IMG/VR virus record: IMGVR_UViG_3300047157_000105
Span: 64,001-128,000 of that record
DNA length: 64,000 nt
Source: a virus
Direction: 5' to 3' (one strand)
Shown: positions 44,935 to 55,821 of the stretch, in pieces
Layout: every line of letters begins with the position of its first letter
Numbering within the stretch: position 1 is the first letter of the stretch
The notes under the pieces: model-generated
The model's database searches: none
Told to the model about the DNA's origin: nothing
The model's input: only the letters and a program-made list of their open reading frames with translations
Made by a program: the position numbers and the translations under genes

Positions 44935-47900
44935 ATGGCAATTTCATTTAACGTAGAACCATATTGGGACGACTTTGAGTCGGTTGCATCGGGCAACACA
45001 CTCAGCCCTAAAGAACAATATCAAAGGATATTATTTAGACCCGGTAAGGCGGTACAAGCACGAGAGTTAACTCAACTGCAAACATCTTTACAACATCAGA
45101 TCTCTTCTACAGGAGATCATTTATTTAAGGATGGTTCTGTTGTTGTACCAGGAGCGGTGCATCTACATAATAAGATTGACTATGTAAGACTATCAGCATG
45201 TAACACAAGTGCAGTTGCAGATATTATTGGTACTGAATACACTGATAGCTCAACTGTTGCTCGTGTTGTCCATGCTACATTAGCAAGCGGTGATGATTCT
45301 ATTACGTTATTTGTACAATATATTTCAGGTTCGGTGTTTGCCGCAGGTGCTTCATTAACAGCAAGTGGAAGTAAGACAGCTACAGTTGCAAGTTCTAATG
45401 ATGCGAATGGTAAAACACCAGTTGGATTTGGTTCAATTGTTTCTATCGAAGACGGTATCTATTATATTAAGAGACACTTTGTTACAGTTAAAGCAAATAC
45501 AATTGTTCTAAACAAATACTCTCCTGATGTGTCATTTGATATAGGTTTACTTGTCACTGAATCCCTTGTCAGTTCGGGTACCGATACGTCTCTTAACGAT
45601 AATGCTACTGGCACTCCTAATGAGTCTGCTCCAGGTGCACATCGTTATTCTATTACAGCAGCATTATCTTCTCAAGCAGTCAATGCAAACTCAGGTAACT
45701 TTGTTCTTATTGCTAGATTAGAATCTGGTGTTATTACAAAGAATGCGAGAACAGCTGATTATAACGTGCTCGAAGATGAATTAGCACGTAGAACATTTGA
45801 TGAATCAGGTAACTACTATGTTAATCCATTTAAAGCTACTGTTAAAACACATCAAGCCTCAAGTCCTGATGCTACAAAGCTAACTACAGTTGTTGAGCCT
45901 TCGAAAGCGTATGTGAGGGGTTACGAGATTGAGACATTATCAAATACAAATGTACATTTTGATAGAGCAAGAACGTCTGAAGTAGTTGACGATAAGCTTA
46001 TAGAGATAACTCATAATAACTTTATTGAAGTCACAGCCATGACTGGAGTTCCTGATATTACCACATTTGGTAAGATATCAATTGAGAATTCTAGTGGTGT
46101 AGAGATTGGTACATGTAGAGCTCGTTCAATTGAAAGAGTAAGTGGTAATGGTGCAACATCTGCATCAAGATATAGAATACATATATTCGATTTTACTGGT
46201 ACAATGACAGCTGCAACTCAGCTAGATGACAAAGAAGGCACCGCGGCAGGTACAGCCTTTGCCGCAACAATCGCAGATGGTGGCTTAGCCACCGCATATA
46301 ACATCGGCCCTGACAGTTTAGTATATGAGTTACCATATAAAAGAATTAAAACATTAGATGGAGAAGTTGATGAATCTGCTGCAGATGATTTTGACTTTAG
46401 CTATAGTGTTAATCGTATAGTTGGTAGTGCAACAGTATCAGGTACTGGTACAGCTACATTTACTGCTTTATCATCTGGAGAACAATTTGGTTCGAAGTCA
46501 GCTAACACAAACTGGATTCTGATTAACGATACAAATGATGGAGATGGTGGTGAAGAAGTATTATCAGCTGATATTACTATTAATAACAGTGCAAACCCAC
46601 CAAGTGTTGTGATTTCTAACTTACCAACCACTGGAGATTTAGGTGGTGGTGGTAGTGATGGTGCTGTAGGAGATACAGTAAGACTTGTTGCTCCAATGGT
46701 ACGTACATTAGGTCAAAAGACAAAAACACTGAGTTCAAACACTGCTGTAAACTTTAATGCTGGTACAGACTTTACTGGTACTGGTCAAGCTCTTGGTCAT
46801 GCAGATGTACATGAATTAGTTTCAGTTGTTGAGACTTCTGGTTCTGCTAACGTTACAACACATTTCGAATTAGATAATGGTCAAAGAGATGATTACTATG
46901 ATGTTGGTCGTATTAAGTTAAAGACTACATCAAACTATACAGCGGCCGTAGCACTTACTGTAACATATAAGTATTTCTCACATTCAACAGGAGACTTCTT
47001 CTCAGTTGATTCATATACTGGCCAAATTGATTACACAGCTATACCTAAATTAGGTGATATAGAATTAAGATCAGCAATTGATTTTAGACCAAGAGTTGGT
47101 AATGCGGGTGGTAACTTTACAGGAACAGGTGCTACAGTAGCAGTTGCCCCAGTAAGGTTCTCTCAGTTCTCAACAAATATTCAATACTATCTACCAAGAA
47201 TAGATAAGATTTATCTTGACTCAAAAGGTGTATTTGGTGTTTCGCCAGGTGTTCCAGCAGTTTATCCTTCTCCACCGTCTATTCCTACAGATGCAATGCA
47301 TTTATACACGTTGAAGATTCCTGCATATACTACAGGCCCCGATGAAGTTACTCTTGACTTTGTAGATAATCGTCGTTATACGATGCGTGATATTGGTCGT
47401 ATTGATAAGAGAATAACTCAGATCGAATACTATTCAGTGCTATCATTCCTCGAAGCTGAAGCACAGAACAAACAAATTATAGATGGAGCTTCAAGCTTAC
47501 AAAGATTTAAATCAGGTTATTTAGTAGATGCATTCTCAAATACAAGAATGTCTAACTCTTCATCACCTGAATATCGTGCTTCAATTGATTTAAGAAATCG
47601 TGTGCTAAGGCCGGGATTTGCCTCTGGTAATGCTCCATTAACATATGTTTCTAGCGCATCAGGTACAACAAAGACTGGAGACTTAGTTACATTACCATAT
47701 ACCCATTCAGCAATGATAACACAAGGCCAGTATTCTGGTCAAATCAATGTTAATCCATATGATGTATTTAACTGGACTGGTTCAATGACACTTACACCAT
47801 CATCAGATGAGTGGAGAGATATTGATCGTAGACCTGAAGTTGTCATTAATAATGATGGTGAATTTGATGCGATGATGAATGCTTTAGAACCTCAAGTAGG

Positions 47901-49977
47901 TACTGTATGGGGTGATTGGTCAACTAACTGGACTGGAACAGAATGGGAAGCTCATGGAAGACGGAGAGAATTATTTAATACTGGTACATCAACACGAGTA
48001 GGTGTACAGCAAACAATTGAAATTCAAACATCAAGATTTAGTGTTGGTGATCGTATAGTTGAGGTTAACTTTATACCATTTATGAGAACAAGATTAGTTG
48101 CCTTCTCTGCAACTCGTATGAAACCAGGTGTTCAGGTATATGCATTCTTTGATGGTGTGTCTGTAGCAGATTACGTTAAATCAGGAAGTCATTCATTCAC
48201 GCCTTTAGTTGGTGTTAATAGTGTAGTTGCTCACCCAGGTACAGCATCTACCCTCACAACTGATGCAAACGGTGCAGTGTCTGGTACATTCCTTATACCA
48301 AATAACTCTTCACTTAATTTTGCTACAGGTGATAAAGAATTTAAACTTACTCAATCATCTACAAATGATGACGAGACAACTACTACATCTGCTATGGCAA
48401 TGTATAGAGCTACTGGATTACTTGAAACAAGAGAGAATGTTATTGTTTCAACACGTACTCCTGTTATTTCAAGGACAAGTGTTAATGAATCAGTAGATGC
48501 AAGAGCATCAACTGGTAGAGTCCGATGGGTTGATCCATTAGCACAATCAATATTACTTGATAAAGCTGCATTCGTTACTAAGATTGATTTAATATTTACT
48601 GCGAAAGATAGTGCTATACCTGTAACGGTAGATATACGTGAAATGGTGAATGGATTCCCAACGCAAAACATTATTCCATTCTCTGAAGTAACTCTTAATC
48701 CTGGTTCGGTAAACATTGATGGTACAGTATCTACATTTACATTCCCATCACCAGTATATCTACAAGATGGTGTTGAGTATGCAATTGTTATTATGGCTAA
48801 CTCTAATAAGTACTTAGTACGTTATGCTGAGATTGGTAAGGAAGATCAAAATGGTAATAGAATATCACAACAGCCATATGCTGGTGTATTATTTAAGTCT
48901 GCTAATGCTTCAACATGGAGTCCAGATCAAAATAAAGACTTAACGTTTACATTACATCGTGCAAACTTTGATATTTCTACTACTCGTACAGCAGTATTAA
49001 GAAATGCTGAGTTACCTTCAAGAGCGTTAGTTGCAGATCCATTAACTACTGTGGCAAACACTGCCTCACAAGATAACATTATTACCGTAGCTCATCGTGA
49101 CCATGGTCATTCAGCTGGTGATTCAGTTACTCTTGCAGGTTTTGCTGCAACGAATGGTTATACTGCAGCTGAGTTAAATAAAGCACACACAATTACTGCA
49201 ATTGCAAGAGATAGTTATACGATTACAGTTGCTGCAGCTAATCACGCAAATGCAATTACTGCTGGTAATGGTGGTGGTTCAGCATGTCAAGCAACAGAAG
49301 GTTTAGAATGGAATACAGCTCGACCAATGTTACAACAAGTTGTATTACCTAATACAGCACAAACTTGGACAATTAAAGATACCGCTGTAGGTAATGGTAC
49401 ATCCATTGGTACAACTGCTGCCGCTGTTGTTGCGAATGAAGATTATACTCCATTGTCACCTAAGGTTATTAAACCAGGTTCAACACATACTGCTGAATTA
49501 AGCGGGGTGTTTAGTTCTGCTAATGCTTACTTATCACCAGTACTTGATTTAGAGAGATCTTCTATCATTACTATTGGTAATCGTATTGATAATAGTACCG
49601 CAGTTGCTGAGACTGATCCAAGTAAAGGATCTAACTTAGCAAAGTATGTAACGAAGACAGTTGAATTAAACGATACCTCGGATGGTTTAAAGATCTATTT
49701 AGATATTAATAGACCTAACGGATCATTTGTTGATGTATACTATAAGCTTGGTAATACGGCAGGAACATTTAATGCTGAGTCATGGGTAGCAGCTACACCA
49801 ACAGGTAATAATGGTGCAGTAGCATTCTCTGATGGAGCTACATATAACGAAACAGAATATAACATTACTCCAGCAAATACATTTACTATATTTGCTGTGA
49901 AGATTGTAATGAGATCTGGAAGTACAAGTACTGTTCCGATGTGTCAAGATCTTCGAGCTATAGCATTGAGAGCATAA
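44935..49977 (+). CDS. large structural baseplate/tail protein (VrlC/DUF4815-like)
   Basis: PYWDDF, ILFRPGKAVQARELTQLQ, RRYTMRDIG and DPLAQS. Confidence 0.8.
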   Translation: MAISFNVEPYWDDFESVASGNTLSPKEQYQRILFRPGKAVQARELTQLQTSLQHQISSTGDHLFKDGSVVVPGAVHLHNKIDYVRLSACNTSAVADIIGTEYTDSSTVARVVHATLASGDDSITLFVQYISGSVFAAGASLTASGSKTATVASSNDANGKTPVGFGSIVSIEDGIYYIKRHFVTVKANTIVLNKYSPDVSFDIGLLVTESLVSSGTDTSLNDNATGTPNESAPGAHRYSITAALSSQAVNANSGNFVLIARLESGVITKNARTADYNVLEDELARRTFDESGNYYVNPFKATVKTHQASSPDATKLTTVVEPSKAYVRGYEIETLSNTNVHFDRARTSEVVDDKLIEITHNNFIEVTAMTGVPDITTFGKISIENSSGVEIGTCRARSIERVSGNGATSASRYRIHIFDFTGTMTAATQLDDKEGTAAGTAFAATIADGGLATAYNIGPDSLVYELPYKRIKTLDGEVDESAADDFDFSYSVNRIVGSATVSGTGTATFTALSSGEQFGSKSANTNWILINDTNDGDGGEEVLSADITINNSANPPSVVISNLPTTGDLGGGGSDGAVGDTVRLVAPMVRTLGQKTKTLSSNTAVNFNAGTDFTGTGQALGHADVHELVSVVETSGSANVTTHFELDNGQRDDYYDVGRIKLKTTSNYTAAVALTVTYKYFSHSTGDFFSVDSYTGQIDYTAIPKLGDIELRSAIDFRPRVGNAGGNFTGTGATVAVAPVRFSQFSTNIQYYLPRIDKIYLDSKGVFGVSPGVPAVYPSPPSIPTDAMHLYTLKIPAYTTGPDEVTLDFVDNRRYTMRDIGRIDKRITQIEYYSVLSFLEAEAQNKQIIDGASSLQRFKSGYLVDAFSNTRMSNSSSPEYRASIDLRNRVLRPGFASGNAPLTYVSSASGTTKTGDLVTLPYTHSAMITQGQYSGQINVNPYDVFNWTGSMTLTPSSDEWRDIDRRPEVVINNDGEFDAMMNALEPQVGTVWGDWSTNWTGTEWEAHGRRRELFNTGTSTRVGVQQTIEIQTSRFSVGDRIVEVNFIPFMRTRLVAFSATRMKPGVQVYAFFDGVSVADYVKSGSHSFTPLVGVNSVVAHPGTASTLTTDANGAVSGTFLIPNNSSLNFATGDKEFKLTQSSTNDDETTTTSAMAMYRATGLLETRENVIVSTRTPVISRTSVNESVDARASTGRVRWVDPLAQSILLDKAAFVTKIDLIFTAKDSAIPVTVDIREMVNGFPTQNIIPFSEVTLNPGSVNIDGTVSTFTFPSPVYLQDGVEYAIVIMANSNKYLVRYAEIGKEDQNGNRISQQPYAGVLFKSANASTWSPDQNKDLTFTLHRANFDISTTRTAVLRNAELPSRALVADPLTTVANTASQDNIITVAHRDHGHSAGDSVTLAGFAATNGYTAAELNKAHTITAIARDSYTITVAAANHANAITAGNGGGSACQATEGLEWNTARPMLQQVVLPNTAQTWTIKDTAVGNGTSIGTTAAAVVANEDYTPLSPKVIKPGSTHTAELSGVFSSANAYLSPVLDLERSSIITIGNRIDNSTAVAETDPSKGSNLAKYVTKTVELNDTSDGLKIYLDINRPNGSFVDVYYKLGNTAGTFNAESWVAATPTGNNGAVAFSDGATYNETEYNITPANTFTIFAVKIVMRSGSTSTVPMCQDLRAIALRA

Positions 49978-50171
49978 TGAAAGTACCTATTCAAGGACAT
50001 CCTGGTATGGTAAGAGACACAAGCTCAGGCGCTATTATAAATATGAATAGTGATGGTGCACTTCATTCGGCGAATAGGGCAAGATTAATAAAGGACGCAG
50101 AGAGATTGAACAAAGTAGAACAAGATGTATCAGAAATTAAAATGATGCTCAAACAATTAATAGAGAGATAA
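49977..50171 (+). CDS. small conserved structural-region protein
   Basis: GHPGMVRDTSSGAIIN plus a coiled coil; TAATG overlap start. Confidence 0.7.
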   Translation: MKVPIQGHPGMVRDTSSGAIINMNSDGALHSANRARLIKDAERLNKVEQDVSEIKMMLKQLIER

Positions 50172-50172
50172 T

Positions 50173-51372
50173 ATGGCAAATACAGTTAACGTAACAACAG
50201 CAAATACCTTCGAGCAATGGAGAGTTAAAACTAATGAGCTTGGTACTGGTATTGGTGATCTAGATAAAGTAACTAATAGCGATATTGGTGCCACAACTAT
50301 TGTAGGTGCTCTTGAGGCTCACCAAGGTATTGTTGCTGGTAGTGTAACAGTTGCAGGATCTACCATGACAGGTAACTTAGTCTTTAATGATAACGCGAAG
50401 GTTATACTTGGTACATCATCTGATGGCTTAGAGATATATCATGATGGTTCACATTCATATATAGCAGACACAGGTACAGGTGATCTTAAATTTACAGCAC
50501 CTACAGCTTATTTTTCTGCTAATGTCGATGTTGACGGTATATTAGAAGCTGATGCAATTACAGTTAACGGTGTTACTCTTGCTGAAACAATATCAGATAC
50601 GGTTGGAGGAATGGTTGGTGGTAATACTGAAACAGGTATTGCAGTAACATATGAAGATAGTGATAATACATTAGATTTTGTATTAGCAGCAGCTCAAACA
50701 ACGGTAACATCTCTTAAAAATGCTGCCTTAGTTATTGGTAGAGATGCTGATAACGATATAGATTTTTCTACTGATAATAATATTATATTCAGAACTGGTG
50801 GTGCAGACCAAGTAAAATTAGAAGATGGTATATTACGACCTGTAACAGATAGTGATGTTGATTTAGGTGCAACAGGTGCAAGATTTAGAGATGCTTTTGT
50901 AGATAGTATTACTGTGACAGGTGAAGTTGACGCAGCTTCATTAGATATTAGTGGTAATGCTGATATTGATGGTACGTTAGAGGCTGATGCTATTACAGTT
51001 GGCGGTGTAACATTAGCAACAACTATTGCAACAACTGTTGGTGCTATGGTTGGAAGCAATACTGAATCTGGTATTAATGTAACATATGAAGCAAGTGATA
51101 ATACACTTGACTTTGATGTTAACGACCCAGTTATTACATTAACAGGAGCTGTAACAGGTTCTGCTACAATGACAAACTTAGGTTCAGTAAGTATAGCTAC
51201 GACAGTTGCTTCATCTAGTGTTACTACTGATGATATAGCAGATAATGCAGTCACACAAGCAAAGATGGCTGATGATTCAGTTGGATCTTCAGAGATGAAA
51301 TCATTATCAACATTGTTAATAATTAATTCAGCTGGTGCAACTGTAAAGACATTACATGGCGCAGGTGCTTAA
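50173..51372 (+). CDS. tail fibre-like protein with internal duplication
   Basis: TFEQWRVKTN N-terminus; two copies of DG(I/T)LEADAITV...GxNTExGIxVTYExSDNTLDF. Confidence 0.7.
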   Translation: MANTVNVTTANTFEQWRVKTNELGTGIGDLDKVTNSDIGATTIVGALEAHQGIVAGSVTVAGSTMTGNLVFNDNAKVILGTSSDGLEIYHDGSHSYIADTGTGDLKFTAPTAYFSANVDVDGILEADAITVNGVTLAETISDTVGGMVGGNTETGIAVTYEDSDNTLDFVLAAAQTTVTSLKNAALVIGRDADNDIDFSTDNNIIFRTGGADQVKLEDGILRPVTDSDVDLGATGARFRDAFVDSITVTGEVDAASLDISGNADIDGTLEADAITVGGVTLATTIATTVGAMVGSNTESGINVTYEASDNTLDFDVNDPVITLTGAVTGSATMTNLGSVSIATTVASSSVTTDDIADNAVTQAKMADDSVGSSEMKSLSTLLIINSAGATVKTLHGAGA

Positions 51373-51406
51373 AACAAGAATTTTATAAATATAGGTATAG
51401 AGGAAA

Positions 51407-51745
51407 ATGGCAGTATATTCAGACTTAAGTATAGATCAAGGTTCAGACTTTTCAGCTGAGATAATTGTAGAAGATTCTACAGGAACAGTTGGAAATTTAT
51501 CTGGATACACTGTTGCTGGGCAAATGAGAAAAACTTATACGTCCACAACAGCCACAAACTTTACTGCTGTGGTATCGAGTGCTACAAATGGGGTAGTCAC
51601 GATATCACTAGGGAATTCGGTCACAAATTCATTGAAGGCTGGAAGGTATGTATATGATGTAGAGATAACCAAAACAAGTACTGGTGAGAAAACCAGAGTT
51701 GTTGAAGGTCAAGTAACAATTAACCCGGGAGTAACACAAATATAA
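51407..51745 (+). CDS. virion structural protein (Ig/BppU-like)
   Basis: IDQGSDF, AGRYVYDVEI and RVVEG; late box at 51384-51391. Confidence 0.7.
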   Translation: MAVYSDLSIDQGSDFSAEIIVEDSTGTVGNLSGYTVAGQMRKTYTSTTATNFTAVVSSATNGVVTISLGNSVTNSLKAGRYVYDVEITKTSTGEKTRVVEGQVTINPGVTQI

Positions 51746-51987
51746 TGGCATTACAAGGAAAGATCACAGCAAATAGAGGATATCAGAGTGGTGGATCATC
51801 ACAAAAGGTAATTGTAGCCAGAAATATGTCACTTACTGCAGGGCAGTCATTATCAGCTTTAACGGATGTAGATACAACTTCTAGAGGTGATGGTTCGATG
51901 ATTATATGGGATGCAAGTTCTTCCACTTTTAAAGTGCAAGGACAAATAGAAAACACAAATTTAAAAATAGTAGGCGGGAGTTTTTAA
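51745..51987 (+). CDS. small fibre-associated protein
   Basis: LSALTDVD; C-terminal GGSF. Confidence 0.6.
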   Translation: MALQGKITANRGYQSGGSSQKVIVARNMSLTAGQSLSALTDVDTTSRGDGSMIIWDASSSTFKVQGQIENTNLKIVGGSF

Positions 51988-52036
51988 CAAATGAATTTTA
52001 ACGCGCGCGCACAACACAAATTAATTAGGAGATAGT

Positions 52037-53749
52037 ATGTCAGGTACAGTAATTATTACTAAATATAGTACGAGCACCGGATCGCCGGCGTCTGATGCGT
52101 TAGCGGTAGGTGAACAGGCCTATTCATTTAATTCGGATAAGCTTTTTATAGGTGAAACAGTTGGTGGTGCTGTTGTAGCAAGAACGATTGGTGGTCAGCA
52201 TTTCACCGATATGATGGACCATACTGCAGGAACGCTAACCGCGTCATCTGCAATTATAGTAGACGCGAATTCAAAGATTGATGTATTAAATGTTGATAAC
52301 TTAACATTAAACGGCAATGCCATTACATCAACAAATACAAACGGTGATATTACAATCACACCAAACGGATCTGGTAAGGTTATCCTTGATGGTTTATCAC
52401 ATCCAACAGCGGATGGTTCTGCCAACCAATTCTTACAAACAGACGGTTCAGGTAACTTATCATTTGCCACGGTTGTAAGTTCATTTAATATTGCTGCTGA
52501 CTCTGGTTCAGCGGATACAGTAAATACTGGTGAGACATTAACATATACTGGTGGTGAAGGTATTGATACAGCGGTATCAAATAATACTATCACAATTTCT
52601 GGTGAGGATGCAAGTACAACTAATAAGGGTGTTGCTTCATTTGCTACTGCTGACTTTGCGGTATCATCTGGTGCAGTAACAATTAAAGCGTTAGGTGTAT
52701 CGAATGCACAACTTGCTGGATCAATTGCAAACGCTAAACTAGTAAATGATGGTATAACAATCGGTTCGACTGATACATCTCTTGGTGGTACAATTACTGC
52801 ACTTCCTGGATTAACACAAGTTGTAGTTGATGATTTAACAATTGATGGTAGTGTTGTTTCAACAACTGCTGGTAATACAAACATATCACTCACTCCTCAC
52901 GGAACAGGAACAGTAACGGTACCTTCTGGTTACCAAGGTCGCTCTGGATTTACTGCAGACTCACTTACTAATAAAGCATATGTTGATAGTGTTGCAAACG
53001 GATTAGATGTTAAAGCTTCAGTTCGTGTTGCTACAACCGCTAACCTAACTGCTACATATTCAAATGGTGCTGGTACACTAACTAACTCAGGATCACAAGC
53101 TGCTATCGCAATTGATGGTGTTACTCTTGTTGCAAATGATAGAGTTCTTGTTAAAAACCAGTCAACTGCTGCTCAAAACGGTTTCTATAAGGTAACAACT
53201 GTTGGTTCTGGTTCAGCGAACTGGGTACTTACAAGAACACCGGATGCTGATGCTGCTTCTGAATTAACTGCAGGTGCATTTACATTTGCTGAAGAGGGTA
53301 CAGCCAACGGTGACAATGGTTATGTTCTAAGTACAAATGGTGCGGTTACTCTTGGTACAACTGCTATTACATTCGAACAATTCTCTGGTGCTGGTCAAAT
53401 CACTGCTGGAAATGGTTTAACGAAGAGTGGTAATACAATTGATGCGGTAGGTACAGCAAATCGTATTGCTGTTGCTGCTGATACAATCGATATTGCATCA
53501 ACTTACGTTGGTCAAACATCACTTACTACATTAGGTACAATCGCTACTGGTACATGGGCAGCAACTGATGTTGCGGTGGCTCATGGTGGTACAGGTTTAA
53601 GTTCATTCACTGGTAAGGGTGTTATGATTGCAAATGATGCTGGTACAGCGATGTCATTTGTTACTGGTAGTTCACAATATCACGTGCTTGGGTTCAACTC
53701 ATCGGGTGTTCCTACAGCAACTACTACTATCGACGGCGGTACGTTCTAA
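52037..53749 (+). CDS. tail fibre protein
   Basis: GEQAYS, NKAYVD, DRVLVKNQ...QNGFY and C-terminal IDGGTF. Confidence 0.75.
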   Translation: MSGTVIITKYSTSTGSPASDALAVGEQAYSFNSDKLFIGETVGGAVVARTIGGQHFTDMMDHTAGTLTASSAIIVDANSKIDVLNVDNLTLNGNAITSTNTNGDITITPNGSGKVILDGLSHPTADGSANQFLQTDGSGNLSFATVVSSFNIAADSGSADTVNTGETLTYTGGEGIDTAVSNNTITISGEDASTTNKGVASFATADFAVSSGAVTIKALGVSNAQLAGSIANAKLVNDGITIGSTDTSLGGTITALPGLTQVVVDDLTIDGSVVSTTAGNTNISLTPHGTGTVTVPSGYQGRSGFTADSLTNKAYVDSVANGLDVKASVRVATTANLTATYSNGAGTLTNSGSQAAIAIDGVTLVANDRVLVKNQSTAAQNGFYKVTTVGSGSANWVLTRTPDADAASELTAGAFTFAEEGTANGDNGYVLSTNGAVTLGTTAITFEQFSGAGQITAGNGLTKSGNTIDAVGTANRIAVAADTIDIASTYVGQTSLTTLGTIATGTWAATDVAVAHGGTGLSSFTGKGVMIANDAGTAMSFVTGSSQYHVLGFNSSGVPTATTTIDGGTF

Positions 53750-53768
53750 AATTTCTACAAATACAACT

Positions 53769-53794
53769 AAACCCCCTTCATTGGGGGTTTTTTT
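53769..53794 (+). terminator. rho-independent terminator
   Basis: aaaccccc-ttcatt-gggggttttttt; followed by late box 53798-53805. Confidence 0.9.
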
Positions 53795-53859
53795 ACGTAT
53801 AAATAAACATAAGATGGTGAGTATATACTCGCTATGAAAAATTATAGGATACCATAAAT

Positions 53860-54972
53860 ATGGCTGGAACAGTAGTAAAAATCAAGCAATCGGCGGTTGC
53901 GGGAAGACTCCCTACGCACAACACCGGAAATGCAACTGACATTGCTCAAGGCGAATTAGCCTTAAACACCGCAGATCAAATACTATATTCGAAAGATGGA
54001 TCAGGTACTATCTTTCAAATTGGTGGTTCATCAGGTGGAGCAGCGGGTGCTAATGAGATAATCACTACAGATTTCACCGCCACAAACGCACAAACTACAT
54101 TCTCGGTATCATATAATTCAATTAACGATCATGTTAACGTATATTATAATGGTGTAAAACTATCTCCAGATGAATATACGGCAACAAGCGGAAACTCAGT
54201 TGTATTAGATGTTGGTGCTGTTACAGGTTCTACCATATCAATTGAGGTTATTAAAGCTTTATCACTTGCTAGTGGTTCAGATATTACTGACCACGAATTC
54301 ACTGCCACGGCCAGCCAAACTACATTTACTATTTCAGGTGGTTATAATGCATCAAATAGTATACTTGATGTGTATGTTAACGGTGTTAAAATACCTGCCG
54401 CAGATTATACAGCTAATAACGGAACAACGGTTGTATTAGGTACTGCCGCAGCGGTAAATGATCAGGTAACAGTAAAAGTTATTAAAGTTGCCGTTGTTAC
54501 AGATACAGTAAGTCAATCTTCAGAAACTGGTTCTGCTATTATGCCATCAGGCACAACAGCACAAAGAGATTCATCTCCATCAGCTGGTTATTTAAGATGG
54601 AATACAACGATTGGTCAATTAGAAGTATATAGCGGATCATCATGGGCTGACGTCAATCAAATGACAGATGGTGAGATTAAGGCTGCATACGAAAACAACT
54701 CGAATACAAATGCATACACAGATGCAGAGAAAACAAAACTATCAGGAATAGAGACAAGCGCTGATGTAACAGATGCAACTAATGTTGCTGCAGCTGGTGC
54801 GGTTATGGAAGCTGATGCAACAACCGCTGCGATGAGTTTTGTCGTTGATGAAGATAATATGGCAAGTAACTCAGCAACTAAACTAGCAACACAGCAAAGC
54901 ATTAAGGCATATGTTGATGCACAAATTCAAACGGTACCAGATGCAGTTGCGATGTCAATTGCGCTAGGATAA
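53860..54972 (+). CDS. tail fibre/baseplate-associated protein with two tandem beta-sandwich repeats
   Basis: GELALN; 2x FTATxxQTTF...VYxNGVK; ends AMSIALG. Confidence 0.7.
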   Translation: MAGTVVKIKQSAVAGRLPTHNTGNATDIAQGELALNTADQILYSKDGSGTIFQIGGSSGGAAGANEIITTDFTATNAQTTFSVSYNSINDHVNVYYNGVKLSPDEYTATSGNSVVLDVGAVTGSTISIEVIKALSLASGSDITDHEFTATASQTTFTISGGYNASNSILDVYVNGVKIPAADYTANNGTTVVLGTAAAVNDQVTVKVIKVAVVTDTVSQSSETGSAIMPSGTTAQRDSSPSAGYLRWNTTIGQLEVYSGSSWADVNQMTDGEIKAAYENNSNTNAYTDAEKTKLSGIETSADVTDATNVAAAGAVMEADATTAAMSFVVDEDNMASNSATKLATQQSIKAYVDAQIQTVPDAVAMSIALG

Positions 54973-54989
54973 TATAAATAGGATAAGAT

Positions 54990-55340
54990 ATGGCAAATAC
55001 ATTTAAATTAAAGACAAAATCAGGAGTGAATGGAGCTGCACTTAGTACTGTTTATACGGTACCAAGTTCTACTACTTCGGTTATTATCGGATTAACAATA
55101 TCAAACATTAAAGGACAGTCAATTACAACTGATGCTCAAATTGTAACTGCCTCATCAAGTGGTGAGAATGCTGATGATGTTTATATTATAAAAGATGCTC
55201 CATTACCGGCAGGGTCATCATTAGAAGTAATGTCAGGTAATAAGATTATTTTGCAAACAGGTGATGTCGTAAAAGCTGGTGGATCTAATTCATCAGGAGC
55301 AGATGCAGATGTAATACTTAGTATAATGGAGATAACATAA
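54990..55340 (+). CDS. virion structural protein
   Basis: MANTFK...SIMEIT family; late box at 54973-54980. Confidence 0.7.
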   Translation: MANTFKLKTKSGVNGAALSTVYTVPSSTTSVIIGLTISNIKGQSITTDAQIVTASSSGENADDVYIIKDAPLPAGSSLEVMSGNKIILQTGDVVKAGGSNSSGADADVILSIMEIT

Positions 55341-55341
55341 T

Positions 55342-55821
55342 ATGGCGTATTTAGGTCGTTCACCTTCTAATGTACCAATAACTTCGAGTGATATACCAGA
55401 TAATTCTATCACCGCAGCAAAGATCCTTGATGGCGTAATCACACCACAAGATCTATCGACTGGAGCTGTAACTACAGCGAAGTTAGCAGCGGACGCTGTT
55501 GATGGTACAAAGATTGCAGATAATGCAATTGGTATTGAACATATAGAACCAAATTCTGTTGGTGTCTCTGAGTTAAATCTAAGTGACGGTACAGCAAATC
55601 AGTATTTAAAAACTGATGGTGCTGGTAATATATCATTTGCATCTATATCAAGTGGTGCAACAGGTGGTGGTACTGATGCTGTATTTGTTCAGAATTCACA
55701 AGCTGTTACTACAGACTATACAGTACCAAGTGGTAAGAGTGCTTCTTCTACTGGTCCAATAACATTAAATGCAGGTGTTGATATTACATTATCTGCAGGT
55801 TCAAGGTGGGTAATCCTATGA
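55342..55821 (+). CDS. fibre-associated protein
   Basis: AVTTAKLA repeats; C-terminal GPIT...GSRWVIL. Confidence 0.65.
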   Translation: MAYLGRSPSNVPITSSDIPDNSITAAKILDGVITPQDLSTGAVTTAKLAADAVDGTKIADNAIGIEHIEPNSVGVSELNLSDGTANQYLKTDGAGNISFASISSGATGGGTDAVFVQNSQAVTTDYTVPSGKSASSTGPITLNAGVDITLSAGSRWVIL

